Origin: Promethearchaeota archaeon
GTDB taxonomy: Archaea > Asgardarchaeota > Lokiarchaeia > Sigyniarchaeales > SOKP01
Direction of reading: 5' to 3'
Assembly: GCA_019057865.1 (NCBI GenBank)
Contig: JAHLWP010000007.1
Span: forward strand, 64,001 to 128,000
Length of the DNA: 64,000 nucleotides
A model generated the notes under the pieces. The model worked only from the letters and a program-made list of their open reading frames with translations, did not search any database and was not told the DNA's origin. Below are positions 10,054 to 20,917 of this stretch, one piece after another. How positions within the stretch are numbered: position 1 is the first letter of the stretch; each line of letters opens with the position of its first letter. The position numbers and the translations under genes were made by a program.

Positions 10054-10596
10054 TTATTCTTCCCTATTCTCAGGTTTTCCCTTATTCTGATCTTCAGGTT
10101 TGTTTTTCTTTTTAATCTTCCTTAACCCTTCAATAGCCCCTTTCCTTACAAGAGGGCTTACATCTTTAAGAGCTTTTGTTAGAACATCTAAACTATATGG
10201 ATGGTGTAAATCTCCTAACTCGTCAGCAGCTTCCATTCGTACATTCTCATTTGGATCATGTAATAATACATATGTTAATACTCCTAATACTTTTGTCTCT
10301 CCAAAATCACCCAACGTATCAACAGCTTCTCTCCTTACCTCAGCATCAGGATCTGTTGTTGCTGTTATTGCTAGTTGTTTTGAAATTTCATCAGAATTCC
10401 CAATTGGCTCTATAGCGCTTAGATCGACACCACAATACTTGCAAAAATTATGATGGATTTTAATATCATTTCCACAGGCAGGACATATCCTTCGTGTGTT
10501 AAAATCTATGAATGATCTTGTTGGCGGGGCTGATACTTTTTTTACTTTATAAGGATTTACATTTGGATCCGGTCTTAAATATTTATCTTTTCCCAT
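10054..10596 (-). CDS. Zn-ribbon + HEAT/PBS-lyase repeat protein
   Basis: CPACG...FCKYCG; repeats DPDAEVRREAVDTLG, DPNENVRMEAADELG, DVSPLVRKGAIEGL. Confidence 0.85.
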   Translation of the reverse strand: MGKDKYLRPDPNVNPYKVKKVSAPPTRSFIDFNTRRICPACGNDIKIHHNFCKYCGVDLSAIEPIGNSDEISKQLAITATTDPDAEVRREAVDTLGDFGETKVLGVLTYVLLHDPNENVRMEAADELGDLHHPYSLDVLTKALKDVSPLVRKGAIEGLRKIKKKNKPEDQNKGKPENREE

Positions 10597-10705
10597 AAAT
10601 ATCTCAAAATTAATTTAATTCTAATAGGATGAATAATGTAATTTAACCTTTTATTTTTAATTCGATCTAAAATGAAAAAATAAAAAAAAGAAAAAAGGAT
10701 AATTT

Positions 10706-11767
10706 TTATGCAATAGTAATATCCTTACTTAAGTAGACATCTTGTACAGCATTCATGATTTTAATCCCTTCAGGTTTTGACTTTTTAAAAGCTTTTCTCC
10801 CAAGAATTAGACCCATTCCACCAGATCGTTTATTAATAACCGCTGCTTTTACAGCATCTTGAAGGTCATTGCCACCAGATTCACCGCCAGAATTAATTAA
10901 ACCCACTCTTCCCATATAGCAATTTGCCACCTGATATCTATTCCATTCTATAGGGTGATCAGTAGCTAATTTTTCATAGACTAATTTATCCGTTTTTCCA
11001 AAATTTAAGTCTAGGAAACCCCTATTTAGAGTGGATATTTTTTGTTTTATGATATCAGCTTCAATAGTAACGCCTAAATGATTTGCCTGAGACTCCAAAT
11101 CATTAGCAGTATGATAATCTTTTCCATCTTTAATGAATTCTTCTTTATTTCTTAAATAGCACCATAGGACACAAACTAATCCTAGCTCATGAGCATATCT
11201 AAAAGATTCACTAATTTCTTGAATCTGGCGTCTAGATTCTTTAGAACCAAAGTAAATTGTTGCACCTACTGCAGCAGCTCCCATAGTCCATGCTTGATCC
11301 ACATTCGCGAAGAATGTTTGATCCGAAAGTTCTGGTTTTGTAAGTAATTCGTTATGGTTTATTTTTACTATAAATGGAATTTTTCTAGCATACCGACGAG
11401 AAATTGATCCTAAAACTCCTAGAGTGGAGGCAACACCATTACATCCACCATCTATGGCCAATTTAATAATATTTTCAGGATCAAAATAGGATGGATTTAC
11501 AGCAAAACTGGCAGACCCACTATGTTCAATACCTTGATCTACAGGTAATATAGAAAGGTATCCGGTTCCGGCTAGCCGACCACGTTGATTAAATAATCTA
11601 ATCATATTATTTAAAACCAAATTAGTACGGTCTGAATGCTCCATAACTCTTTCAATGAAATCTGGTCCTGGAACATGAATAAGATCCTTCGTGATTCCTG
11701 TACATGTATGATTCAGAAGTCCTTCAGCTTCAGATCCAAGGAGGTTTTTAATCTCATTAAAATCCAT
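10706..11767 (-). CDS. fbaB: Class I fructose-bisphosphate aldolase (DhnA/FbaB long type)
   Basis: [29 protein letters not shown] (Schiff-base Lys), GLILGRKAF. Confidence 0.9.
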   Translation of the reverse strand: MDFNEIKNLLGSEAEGLLNHTCTGITKDLIHVPGPDFIERVMEHSDRTNLVLNNMIRLFNQRGRLAGTGYLSILPVDQGIEHSGSASFAVNPSYFDPENIIKLAIDGGCNGVASTLGVLGSISRRYARKIPFIVKINHNELLTKPELSDQTFFANVDQAWTMGAAAVGATIYFGSKESRRQIQEISESFRYAHELGLVCVLWCYLRNKEEFIKDGKDYHTANDLESQANHLGVTIEADIIKQKISTLNRGFLDLNFGKTDKLVYEKLATDHPIEWNRYQVANCYMGRVGLINSGGESGGNDLQDAVKAAVINKRSGGMGLILGRKAFKKSKPEGIKIMNAVQDVYLSKDITIA

Positions 11768-11904
11768 TTTTTTATATCATCCTCTTTATTATATTTTAAG
11801 ATTAAAGAAGAAATAATCTTCCTAAAATAAAATATTTTTCCTTCTTAATATTTGCTAATCAATAGTTTTAAGAAGAAGTATGCAAATTGAGCCTTGCAGA
11901 TATA

Positions 11905-12189
11905 TTATTCTGATTTACCATTTGAATTAAAGAATTCTTTTAATAGTTCTGAAAGGAGATTATAATTACTTGAATGAACTTTTGAACTTCCACTTTCTAA
12001 TTTAAGTAAAATTTTTCTTTTTTCTATACCATTAATCTCTAACTTTAATAATAATCTCTTCTTTTGATATTTTAAATTTCTAACATCAGAAGTTTTTTCC
12101 CATAAGTTATCTATCTTTTCTGAAAGAACTTCTTTTTCATTGAAGGGTGGCTTTAATTGATTTCTTTTTATTGTATCTGTTTTTTCCAT
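11905..12189 (-). CDS. Hypothetical basic helical protein
   Basis: 94-aa ORF with ATG start filling an otherwise empty gap; no motif. Confidence 0.5.
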   Translation of the reverse strand: MEKTDTIKRNQLKPPFNEKEVLSEKIDNLWEKTSDVRNLKYQKKRLLLKLEINGIEKRKILLKLESGSSKVHSSNYNLLSELLKEFFNSNGKSE

Positions 12190-12337
12190 TTTTCTAAATT
12201 TATCTTGTAATTACTTGCTTTATTATCTATGAGATATTTTCATCCCGCATTTAAAAACCCCATAATAATTTCGGTTAGAATTTTACCTTATGAATTTGAA
12301 CGAGAAACATTAATTTGTATGAGAATTTTTCATAACT

Positions 12338-12667
12338 ATGCCTAATGAATTCGATTTTAAAAACTACAAATCAATAGAAGACTATGGTAAAACAATGGAA
12401 GGTACAAAATATCTTCATGATTTATATTTAAGGGCGGTTAATCATCCAGTTCGCAGACAAATATTAACTATCGTTAATAATGCTAAAAAAATTTCTAAAG
12501 AAAAATTGTTTAGTATTCTTTTGGACGAAAACGTTATCAATGATGAATTTTCACTCAATTACAATATAGATTACTTGATTAAAGCTTTTTGCATTGAAAA
12601 AATTGAGGAAAAAAGTAAAATTTATTATGAAATCACTCAAAGTGGAAGAGTGATTGATTATTTATAA
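12338..12667 (+). CDS. ArsR-like winged-helix protein
   Basis: AVNHPVRRQIL...LNYNIDYL...YYEITQSG pattern. Confidence 0.7.
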   Translation: MPNEFDFKNYKSIEDYGKTMEGTKYLHDLYLRAVNHPVRRQILTIVNNAKKISKEKLFSILLDENVINDEFSLNYNIDYLIKAFCIEKIEEKSKIYYEITQSGRVIDYL

Positions 12668-12684
12668 TAAAGCAACCATTATTG

Positions 12685-13140
12685 CTAATCACCCATCAAT
12701 TTTTTATAGCAATTACAACAAGGGATTCCAAAACTAAAATTAATTTTATTTAATTTCTTACTTCTTAAATTCATGAATTTAATTAACTTTTCTTTTAATT
12801 CTCTTTTATCTTCGTCAAAATATAGTTTCTTTAAATTACGATAATGATTGTATTGATAACAAATAGGGCAAATTTGATAGAATTTTATAAAGCTTGAAAA
12901 AAATTCTTTTTCTTCTTTCGAAAGAGCTTTTAGCTTTAAATCAGGATTATTATCGATAAGATTTCTTAAATTATTTAACTCATTTAACATTTCATCTCTT
13001 AATAATGTTGTATTGATTCTCCGATTTTCCAAATTATTTAATTTTTCGCTTATTAGAATTTCTCGAGTATCTGATTTATCAAAATATTCTATAGCCTTAT
13101 AAAAAAGTGGTAAACGTTTATTTTTCTGCTTTTCTCTCAT
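12685..13140 (-). CDS. Hypothetical Zn-finger protein
   Basis: CPIC...PCCNC distal Cys pairs; helical N-terminus. Confidence 0.6.
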   Translation of the reverse strand: MREKQKNKRLPLFYKAIEYFDKSDTREILISEKLNNLENRRINTTLLRDEMLNELNNLRNLIDNNPDLKLKALSKEEKEFFSSFIKFYQICPICYQYNHYRNLKKLYFDEDKRELKEKLIKFMNLRSKKLNKINFSFGIPCCNCYKKLMGD

Positions 13141-13215
13141 ATAAAAAAATCATTTTTTTTATTCGTATTTCTTTTTTTTCATAAAATATCTAGTTTGGTA
13201 ATCTAAAAAATCTTT

Positions 13216-14511
13216 TTAAAGAAATTTCAAATTTTTCTCATTTCGGTTAAAAATATCATTCTTTTGCTCACTAGTTAATCTCCTGAAGTCAATTACTTTG
13301 GAAGGCGCAAAATATTCAAAATTAAAATCAATATCATCACCTGCAAACTTGCCAGGGATTGGCATCAAGCGCGCTGTTAAAGGTTTATTCAACCTAACAG
13401 AAAGTGTACACAAATCTAATAATATATAAAATAATTCTTTTTCTGTAATATCACCAGGTAGAGGAACAACATCTAGACCTGTACCACAAATCGTAGAGTA
13501 TAACAAGAGAGAATCGATGTTGAATTTATTTTCTGATAATCTTTTGGATATAATATAATCTTCTAATACAGGTTGCATAAAACCTGAAAATCCGATGACA
13601 TTCTCCTTATCAATTGGAATGGAATTATTTATTAATGCTATTCCAGTTAAAGTTCCATTAGCTCCAAAATATTCAATACCTAGTTTTTCTATTGCTGTTC
13701 CTATGCTTTTTTCAATTATGGGATATGGGGCAGGTGAAAAATCAACTCCTTTAAATTCAATATTGAATTTTCTTCCCACTTTTATTGAAATTTTAGTTAA
13801 TTCATCATAGATTTCATTAAATTTCATTAATAAATTGTCTTGTACGTCTTTAAATGTAGTAGAAGAATCAATAACATCAATAATTACATCTGCCATTTCT
13901 AAAGCAAGAGAAAAACCTGATTTTTCAGAAAGGTGATATGCTGCCGGAAAGAAGGGAACGTTTGGTTTAACATTAGATGACACACAGAATCTCAAATTAT
14001 TAAAAGGATCGGGCTCTGAAAGTTTTTTGATTATTTTAGCACTAGACTTTATAGCTGAAATATTAATTCCAGTTTCTGTAGACGCTAAAGGTAAAGATGT
14101 GAAAAAGTTTTCACTATTTTTAATGAACTGAGGTACTTCATTTAATAGTAACTTCTCAAAAATTCCTAACTCTTGAATTTGATTTGCTAACATCATGCAG
14201 CAAGCAAAATAGTCTATATCATAATCCTTGAATATAGCTTGTAAAAAACCTAATTGTTCACTTATATCGACTAATGTTTCTTGTAAATTCTTTTCATAGA
14301 ATAATTTGTTATCATAACTAAAAATTGGTTGTGAACAAACTCGTTTAGTATCAACTAGTATGTTAATATCCTCAAATTGGTTGATAATTTCATTATTAAA
14401 GTTAGTAAAATTTTTAAGTTTTTCTTGTAAATAGGATAGTGTTGTTTCATTCCTATATAAAAATGGTATTTCCTGCCCGATAGTAATTGCTCGAATTCTC
14501 ATATTATCCAC
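13216..14511 (-). CDS. DUF711/UPF0210 (PFL-like fold) family protein
   Basis: IRAITIG start; PFFPAAYH, DFSPAP, GFSGFMQPVLED, STICGTGLDVVPLPGD, KPLTARLMP. Confidence 0.85.
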   Translation of the reverse strand: MDNMRIRAITIGQEIPFLYRNETTLSYLQEKLKNFTNFNNEIINQFEDINILVDTKRVCSQPIFSYDNKLFYEKNLQETLVDISEQLGFLQAIFKDYDIDYFACCMMLANQIQELGIFEKLLLNEVPQFIKNSENFFTSLPLASTETGINISAIKSSAKIIKKLSEPDPFNNLRFCVSSNVKPNVPFFPAAYHLSEKSGFSLALEMADVIIDVIDSSTTFKDVQDNLLMKFNEIYDELTKISIKVGRKFNIEFKGVDFSPAPYPIIEKSIGTAIEKLGIEYFGANGTLTGIALINNSIPIDKENVIGFSGFMQPVLEDYIISKRLSENKFNIDSLLLYSTICGTGLDVVPLPGDITEKELFYILLDLCTLSVRLNKPLTARLMPIPGKFAGDDIDFNFEYFAPSKVIDFRRLTSEQKNDIFNRNEKNLKFL

Positions 14512-14660
14512 TCTGATATTGAATTTAGAATTTTATTCTCATACTATAATATACAATATCAATTAATAAGATTTATAGAGGAATAGCAATAAAACAATAA
14601 AATACTAACAATTATTATACTAAATTAAAATTTTCTTTTTTAAATAAGATAATAAAAATC

Positions 14661-17054
14661 CTATATTTCATCTAACTTAGCTTTATCTATTGCTTTTTCT
14701 TTTCTTGAAATAGGTTTTGTATATTCTTCTGGACGAATTGGGCCTAAATTTTCTAATTCTTCTTTGAATTCAGTTATTATTTGAGCAAATTTTTCTCCTT
14801 CTCCAGCAGATATACTAGTAATTTTAACACGATTCTCATATATCCCTGTCTCCGCTAACATTTGCTTAATACTTTCATAACGTGTTGTTGCTTTTTTAAA
14901 TCCTTCTTGATAATGACAATCTTGAGGATAACATCCAGCAATTAAAACACCATCTGCACCATAAAAAAAACTCTCAAACACTAAAGAGGGATTCAACATT
15001 GCAGTACACATTACATGAATAATTCTTACATTTGTAGGGTAAGTTAATTTACTTATACCGGCAAGATCTGCCCCCAGATAGGAACACCAATTACAAAGAA
15101 AAGCAATAATAAGTGGAAATTCTGATTTATCTTTTAATAATGAATTTATTTGGGCAGAGATCTGATTTTTCGTGAACCCCGGAATATATAGAGCATCAGT
15201 TGGACACATTGCAGCACACGCTCCACATCCAGTACAATTTGCTTGAATAATATCTAAATGATTCTTTTCAATATTTAGTGCATTGAACATGCATATATTT
15301 TCACATAAACGGCATAAATCACATTTTTCCTCATCAAAACACACTACATGTGGATCTAATTCTACTTTCTTTTTAGAGATTAAACTAATTACTTTAGCAG
15401 CTGCGCTTTCTGCTTGAGCAATACTACTTGGAATATCTTTTGGTCCCTGAATTGCCCCAGCTATATATATCCCAAAAATAGAACTTTCAGAAGGATTTAC
15501 TTTTAAATGCTTTTCTAATAAAAAACCATAAGGACCTTGAGAAATGCCTAAAATTTGACTTAATTTGTCTGTATTTTCTGCTGGCTCAATACCTACTGCT
15601 AAGACTGCTAGATCTGTTTTATTTTCAAATAAAGCATCTTCAGTAACATCTTCTCCTCGAATAATTAACTCTTCAGATGTATCACTCTTTAATATTGCTG
15701 ATATATTACTTCTAATAAACCGTATTCCAAAAACTTCACGTGCCCTGTTATAGAATTCTTCACAATTCTTGCTAATAGATCTAATATCTGTGTAATAAAT
15801 ATTAATTTTAATATCAGGATATTCTTTCTTTAGTAAAATTGCTTGTTTTATTGCAACATTACAACAAACCTGACTACAATATTCACGATGAATCTTTTTA
15901 TTTCGTGATCCAACACATAATACAAATGATACCTTCTTTGGTGGTTGACCGTTGGAAGGTCTTATGATTCTTCCATGGGTGGGGCCATCATTATTAAATA
16001 ATCGTTCCATTTGCATTGTTGTAATTACATCAGAATATTTTTGATAATTTAATTCTCCTAAAATGGATGGATCAAATATCTTTAATCCAGTTGCTACGAT
16101 TATTGTACCAACTGTAATATCTAAAAATTCCGGTTTTTGGTCAAAATCAATTGCAAGTCTATCTCCACACGCTTGAGAGCACGCTTTGCATCCTATGCAA
16201 TACTCCTCTAAAATATATGGAAATAGGGGAATAGCCTGTGGATATGGAACATCTATAGCCTTTCTTGGGAAATATGTATCCACTATATCAATAGGGCACA
16301 CATCACGGCAGATATCAACACAACCTACACAATTTTCTTCCACGATAAATCTTGGTTTCTTTTTAATAGAAACATTAAAATTACCAACATATCCCTCAAC
16401 TTTTTCTACCTCAGAATAAGTTAATAATTCGATATTAGGATGATCTTTAACTTCCGTCATTAATGGTCCAAGAATGCAGATCGAACAATCTAAAGTGGGG
16501 AAAGTTTTATCGAATAGAGCCATATGGCCCCCTATAGTAGGTTCCTTTTCTACAAAATACACTTTATAGCCAGCATCAGCTATAACCATAGCCGCTTTTA
16601 TCCCCGCAATACCTCCACCGATTATTAAGCAGGATGGTAGTACACTTGAATATTGGACTTCTAAAGGTTTTAAGAGTTTAACTTGTTCTATTGCCATATT
16701 AATTTGATCAATTGCTTTTTTTGTAGCTTTCTCTGGTTCATTGGCATGGACCCATGAATTTTGTTCCCTTATATTTGCAAAAGATATTAAAAATCGATTA
16801 ATTCCTGCTTTTTCGATAGTTTTTCGAAATAAAAGTCCGTGTAATTTAAATGAACATGCTGCAATAACAACACGATCGATTTTTTTTTCTTTAATTTCTT
16901 CAATAATTTTGTTTAAACCTAATTCTGAGCATAAGTATTGATCTCCAATAACATGAATTTCTGAATAATTGTTGAAGTGTTCGATTAATCTATTATTGTC
17001 AATAACACCTGAGATATTCCTACCACAATCACACAAAAAAAGTCCTATTTTCAA
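14661..17054 (-). CDS. hdrA: Heterodisulfide reductase subunit A fused to MvhD (hydrogenase delta)
   Basis: Probable TTG start at 17054 (MKIGLFLCDCG) after GAGGT; FAD motif GGGIAG, KTFPTLDCSIC, ferredoxin motifs, YCSQVCC; C-terminal MvhD FLCNWCSY...GCYPQDCHY. Confidence 0.92.
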   Translation of the reverse strand: MKIGLFLCDCGRNISGVIDNNRLIEHFNNYSEIHVIGDQYLCSELGLNKIIEEIKEKKIDRVVIAACSFKLHGLLFRKTIEKAGINRFLISFANIREQNSWVHANEPEKATKKAIDQINMAIEQVKLLKPLEVQYSSVLPSCLIIGGGIAGIKAAMVIADAGYKVYFVEKEPTIGGHMALFDKTFPTLDCSICILGPLMTEVKDHPNIELLTYSEVEKVEGYVGNFNVSIKKKPRFIVEENCVGCVDICRDVCPIDIVDTYFPRKAIDVPYPQAIPLFPYILEEYCIGCKACSQACGDRLAIDFDQKPEFLDITVGTIIVATGLKIFDPSILGELNYQKYSDVITTMQMERLFNNDGPTHGRIIRPSNGQPPKKVSFVLCVGSRNKKIHREYCSQVCCNVAIKQAILLKKEYPDIKINIYYTDIRSISKNCEEFYNRAREVFGIRFIRSNISAILKSDTSEELIIRGEDVTEDALFENKTDLAVLAVGIEPAENTDKLSQILGISQGPYGFLLEKHLKVNPSESSIFGIYIAGAIQGPKDIPSSIAQAESAAAKVISLISKKKVELDPHVVCFDEEKCDLCRLCENICMFNALNIEKNHLDIIQANCTGCGACAAMCPTDALYIPGFTKNQISAQINSLLKDKSEFPLIIAFLCNWCSYLGADLAGISKLTYPTNVRIIHVMCTAMLNPSLVFESFFYGADGVLIAGCYPQDCHYQEGFKKATTRYESIKQMLAETGIYENRVKITSISAGEGEKFAQIITEFKEELENLGPIRPEEYTKPISRKEKAIDKAKLDEI

Positions 17055-17184
17055 TTTGAGACCTCTTATAAACACTAAATTTTCGCAATCTTATGAATAA
17101 TATAAAGTTGAATTAATATTAATTATTCTAATAATTAGTATAAGATAATCTTGACTTTTCGTAATTATAAAGAAGAACTATGAA

Positions 17185-17790
17185 TTACCTATTAGTTATA
17201 TCATTAGGTAGAAATTTATATACTTTAAATATATTAAAATCATTTTTCTTCATTTTCATGAAAAAATTCTTCTCCATCTCATATTCTTGTTTTGCCCATT
17301 TTATAATATCATCTTTAGAGTAAAAATATCCTTGGTTCTCAAGAGATTTTTGAAGAGCGGGACATCTTTTTGAATAGTCTTTAAAGTTTCTTAAACTATT
17401 TATAAGCATATTCCAACCAATAGGAAAAGCTCTACATTGGAAAGGTCTAGCTGTATGAACAGTACATTTATTATCCTTTAAAAAATGGCAATGTTCATCG
17501 TTACCAGTAAATTTAAATCCTAATGTCTTAAATCGATAAGTTTTACCTTTTTTAGTTTTTGGATTCCTCCAAAAGAAGGTATCATTTATTATTTTCAAAT
17601 ACTTTTTAGTAAATTCTCTCAAACCAGATATTCCTTTTAGATTTAAATGATTGGCAAGCGTTTTAATGTCATTTTTATATAAAAATACTTCGCCTTCGCC
17701 TAATCCTCTACAACAAGTGCCACACATCTTGCAGGAAAAGAAAATTCCATTCTCAAACTTTTTAGAGATTTTAATCTCAGTTGAGGTCAA
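17185..17790 (-). CDS. YkgJ/CxxCxxCC Fe-S cluster protein
   Basis: FSCKMCGTCC...CHFL...CTVHTARPFQCRAFP. Confidence 0.85.
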   Translation of the reverse strand: MTSTEIKISKKFENGIFFSCKMCGTCCRGLGEGEVFLYKNDIKTLANHLNLKGISGLREFTKKYLKIINDTFFWRNPKTKKGKTYRFKTLGFKFTGNDEHCHFLKDNKCTVHTARPFQCRAFPIGWNMLINSLRNFKDYSKRCPALQKSLENQGYFYSKDDIIKWAKQEYEMEKNFFMKMKKNDFNIFKVYKFLPNDITNR

Positions 17791-17905
17791 AACTATAATT
17801 TATCTTTTTGTTGTTGGTTTTTAAATAATATACAAATATTTAATTAATATTTAAATATTAATTCATTGATTATTTTAGGCAATAATGAAAGAGGAGTTTT
17901 AGTTT

Positions 17906-20155
17906 TTGGTCAGGAATTTAACCATAAATGAATATGTAGATCTTGATCTACAAATTATAAATAAAAAAGTAAAGCAGTTTGAAAGAATTTTAATTAAAAA
18001 TGAGATTCACATCGATAAAAGATTTATTAAATGGATTAAAGACTTTAAAAAGATATATGGGAGTAGATACGCAAATTTACAGTTATATATTGTTTTATCT
18101 TTACTTTATTTATTAAGCCTTGAATTTATTCATAATTATATTCTAAAAAATGAAACCCCTTTATTTAAACAAAAAAATCCCATAAAAAAATATAAAAGAA
18201 TAATAGGACAAGTAGAAGCCATTTATAGAAATATTGAAATTTTTGAATTTGATTATTTTGAACCAATCTTATCATTCTCTGTAAGAGAAGATGCTATTAT
18301 TTTGCGGGAACTCATTGAAATATTGTCCAATCACGTGTTAAATTTAAAAATTGACCCTGAATACTTATTTGATTATCTGATACAAAAAATAATATCTCCT
18401 ATTATAAGACATAAAATTGGTGAATATTATACTCCTCCTTTTTTAGTTAAAATAATGGTCCATGAAGTTTATTCATTTGGAGATACAGTCCTCGATCCTT
18501 GTTGTGGGTCTGGGAATTTTTTAGTTGAAATCTTAAGATATATAAATTCACAAGATAGGAGTAATGAAGAGAAAATAAGCGCAATCAATCGAATATATGG
18601 GTATGACATCAATCCTATCTCAATCTATTTTTCAAAAATTAACTTTTTATATATTTTAAGGGAAAAAGGTCCTTTAATTAAATTCCATTTATATGTTCTT
18701 GATTTTTTATCCCAAAAAGGGAGTAAGTTGGATACAAAATTTGACTTAGTAATAGGAAATCCTCCATGGTATACATATAGAGACATAGAATCAGTATATT
18801 ATCAAAAGCAAATTAAATCTTTAGCAGAAAATTTAGAAATAAAACCACTTCCTAAAAATGTTTTAAATTTAGAAGTCTCTACTCTCTTTTTTTATAAAGC
18901 AAATAAGGTTTTTATGAAAAAAAATGCGAAAATATTTTTTGTAATTACTAAAGGAGTAATCACAGGTTCCCATGCTTCTCAATTTCGTAATTTCAAAGGT
19001 TTTTATAATTTAAAGATTTGGACTTTTGATAAAAAGATTGAAAATGTTTTTAACATTGATTTTATTTGTTTGTTTGCTCAAAAATCTGAAATTGAATTTG
19101 AATATTATGATAAAGAGATTCCTTCTTTACATTTTAAGATTAATGATAAAGCCAATGATATAAATTATTTTTCTCATATAGAATTAAAACAGGAAAAAAT
19201 TAATTATTTAATACCCTATTGCGTTGAAATAAAAGGTGAAAAAAGATATCCAAAAAAATTTATTCTAAAAGAAAGATATGAAGAATTATTCTGTATTAGA
19301 CCTAGCTATTATAAAAAACAATTTCACAAGGGTGCTGATTTAAACCCAAGAAATTTAATATTCATTAAATATAAAAAAGTAGATGATAAATTAGTAAGAA
19401 TTAATCCTGATGAGAGAATTTTTAAAAGAGCCAAATTCCCTTGGAATAAAAATGAATTTAAAGATGAACTTGTTGAAAAAGAATATCTTTTTAAAGTAAT
19501 TAAAAGTACAGAATTGGTAAAATTTTTTGTCTGTAATTATTATTATGTTTTTCTACCACTCTCAAAAAAAGATTTTAGTTTTAATTATTCAAGTTTATCT
19601 AAAAATGCTAAATGCTTTTATGATAAAATTAATGAAATTTATTTGAATTATAAGAAGGAAACTACAAAAAACAATTCTTTAATGGATAACTTAAATAGAT
19701 GGTCAAAATTGATTAATAATAGACAACTCTCAGAGATTAAAGTGATCTACAACAATTCAGGTTCAGTATTGAATTCTGCAGTTGTACAAGGGAATTTCAT
19801 AATAACAGGAGATTTGAGTTTTTATGCTACTCAAAATCTTGATGAGTCATATTATTTATCAACCATATTAAATTCTACGATAATGACAAATCAAGTTCAA
19901 ATAATGAAAAGTTCAAGACATATTTTTAAAATTCCCTTTGATATCCCTATTAAAACATTCAATCCAAATAACCAGAATCATCAAAAGTTAGTTAAATTAG
20001 GAAAAAGAGGAGAAGATATAGCAAAAAATACAGTCGATAAATTCCTCAAAAATAATAATTTTTCCAAAATAAAAATTCAAAATGTATTGTATGCAGAGTT
20101 AGGTAATATTTTAACTCAAATTGATGAAATTTTAAAGAATGAATTTGAAGAATAA
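17906..20155 (+). CDS. N6-adenine DNA methyltransferase with C-terminal target-recognition region (type IIG/Eco57I-like; no evident nuclease domain)
   Basis: GEYYTP, motif I LDPCCGSGNF, GYDINP, motif IV VIGNPPW; C-terminal YYLSTILNS. Confidence 0.85.
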   Translation: MVRNLTINEYVDLDLQIINKKVKQFERILIKNEIHIDKRFIKWIKDFKKIYGSRYANLQLYIVLSLLYLLSLEFIHNYILKNETPLFKQKNPIKKYKRIIGQVEAIYRNIEIFEFDYFEPILSFSVREDAIILRELIEILSNHVLNLKIDPEYLFDYLIQKIISPIIRHKIGEYYTPPFLVKIMVHEVYSFGDTVLDPCCGSGNFLVEILRYINSQDRSNEEKISAINRIYGYDINPISIYFSKINFLYILREKGPLIKFHLYVLDFLSQKGSKLDTKFDLVIGNPPWYTYRDIESVYYQKQIKSLAENLEIKPLPKNVLNLEVSTLFFYKANKVFMKKNAKIFFVITKGVITGSHASQFRNFKGFYNLKIWTFDKKIENVFNIDFICLFAQKSEIEFEYYDKEIPSLHFKINDKANDINYFSHIELKQEKINYLIPYCVEIKGEKRYPKKFILKERYEELFCIRPSYYKKQFHKGADLNPRNLIFIKYKKVDDKLVRINPDERIFKRAKFPWNKNEFKDELVEKEYLFKVIKSTELVKFFVCNYYYVFLPLSKKDFSFNYSSLSKNAKCFYDKINEIYLNYKKETTKNNSLMDNLNRWSKLINNRQLSEIKVIYNNSGSVLNSAVVQGNFIITGDLSFYATQNLDESYYLSTILNSTIMTNQVQIMKSSRHIFKIPFDIPIKTFNPNNQNHQKLVKLGKRGEDIAKNTVDKFLKNNNFSKIKIQNVLYAELGNILTQIDEILKNEFEE

Positions 20156-20248
20156 GAATTTTTTAAGATTAAAATAAATAGGTGTATTTATTTCTATCAC
20201 TTAATTATACCACAGTATAAAATTATAGGATTTCTTTGGTAAATTCTA

Positions 20249-20767
20249 ATGCGGTCATTTGTTTTTAAGGTCTTAATCGCGGGGAATGGCGGAGTGGGTA
20301 AAACCTCATTGCTACGTAGATATGTAGATGGATTCTTTGATGATTCTACTATTGAAACGGTAGGTGTGGATTTCTTCATTAAAGAAATCGAATTTAACAA
20401 TACTTATTGCATGTTGCAATTGTGGGATTTAGGGGGTCAAGAAAGATTTAGACATTTAATAGAAAATTATGTAATGGGTGCTAGGGGAGCCCTCCTTTTA
20501 TTTGATATAACAAGGATGCCAAAAATCGAAAGTATTTTACAATGGGTGAATATTATAAGAATACATGATTTGAATTTACCTATAATACTTGTTGGAACTA
20601 AACTTGACCTCGAGGATGCTATTGCTGTCGATGATGAAAGTGCAAATCATATAAAAAATGCCTTTAATATGATTAAATATGTCAAAACCTCTGCTAAAAC
20701 TGGTGATGGTGTTGAAGAACCATTTGAAATATTAGCAAAAACCATAAAGAAAGGAATTAAATACTGA
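20249..20767 (+). CDS. Rab/Ras-like small GTPase
   Basis: G1 GNGGVGKT, G2 TVGVDF, G3 WDLGGQERF, G4 GTKLD, G5 TSAK; no C-terminal prenylation Cys. Confidence 0.93.
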   Translation: MRSFVFKVLIAGNGGVGKTSLLRRYVDGFFDDSTIETVGVDFFIKEIEFNNTYCMLQLWDLGGQERFRHLIENYVMGARGALLLFDITRMPKIESILQWVNIIRIHDLNLPIILVGTKLDLEDAIAVDDESANHIKNAFNMIKYVKTSAKTGDGVEEPFEILAKTIKKGIKY

Positions 20768-20917
20768 AATTTTTACTCATACATGTTCCATGCTTAAAAT
20801 ATTTATCTCAACTAAATGTTGTTAAAATGAAAATTCCTTTTATCGAATTATAGAGAAAAAATTATTTGTTTTGTATTATTTAATTTAATAATTATAAAGA
20901 TAGTAAACTTTGACAAG

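Noticed and set aside
14661-17075. Selenocysteine recoding in HdrA/MvhD (known selenoprotein families in Lokiarchaeia)
   Set aside because: The ORF is uninterrupted and has Cys at the relevant motifs (TLDCSIC, FLCNWC); there is no in-frame TGA.
20249-20767. Prenylation link between the Rab-like GTPase and the ICMT-family gene at 63314
   Set aside because: The GTPase has no C-terminal Cys/CAAX, and ICMT/PEMT-family genes are common in prokaryotes.
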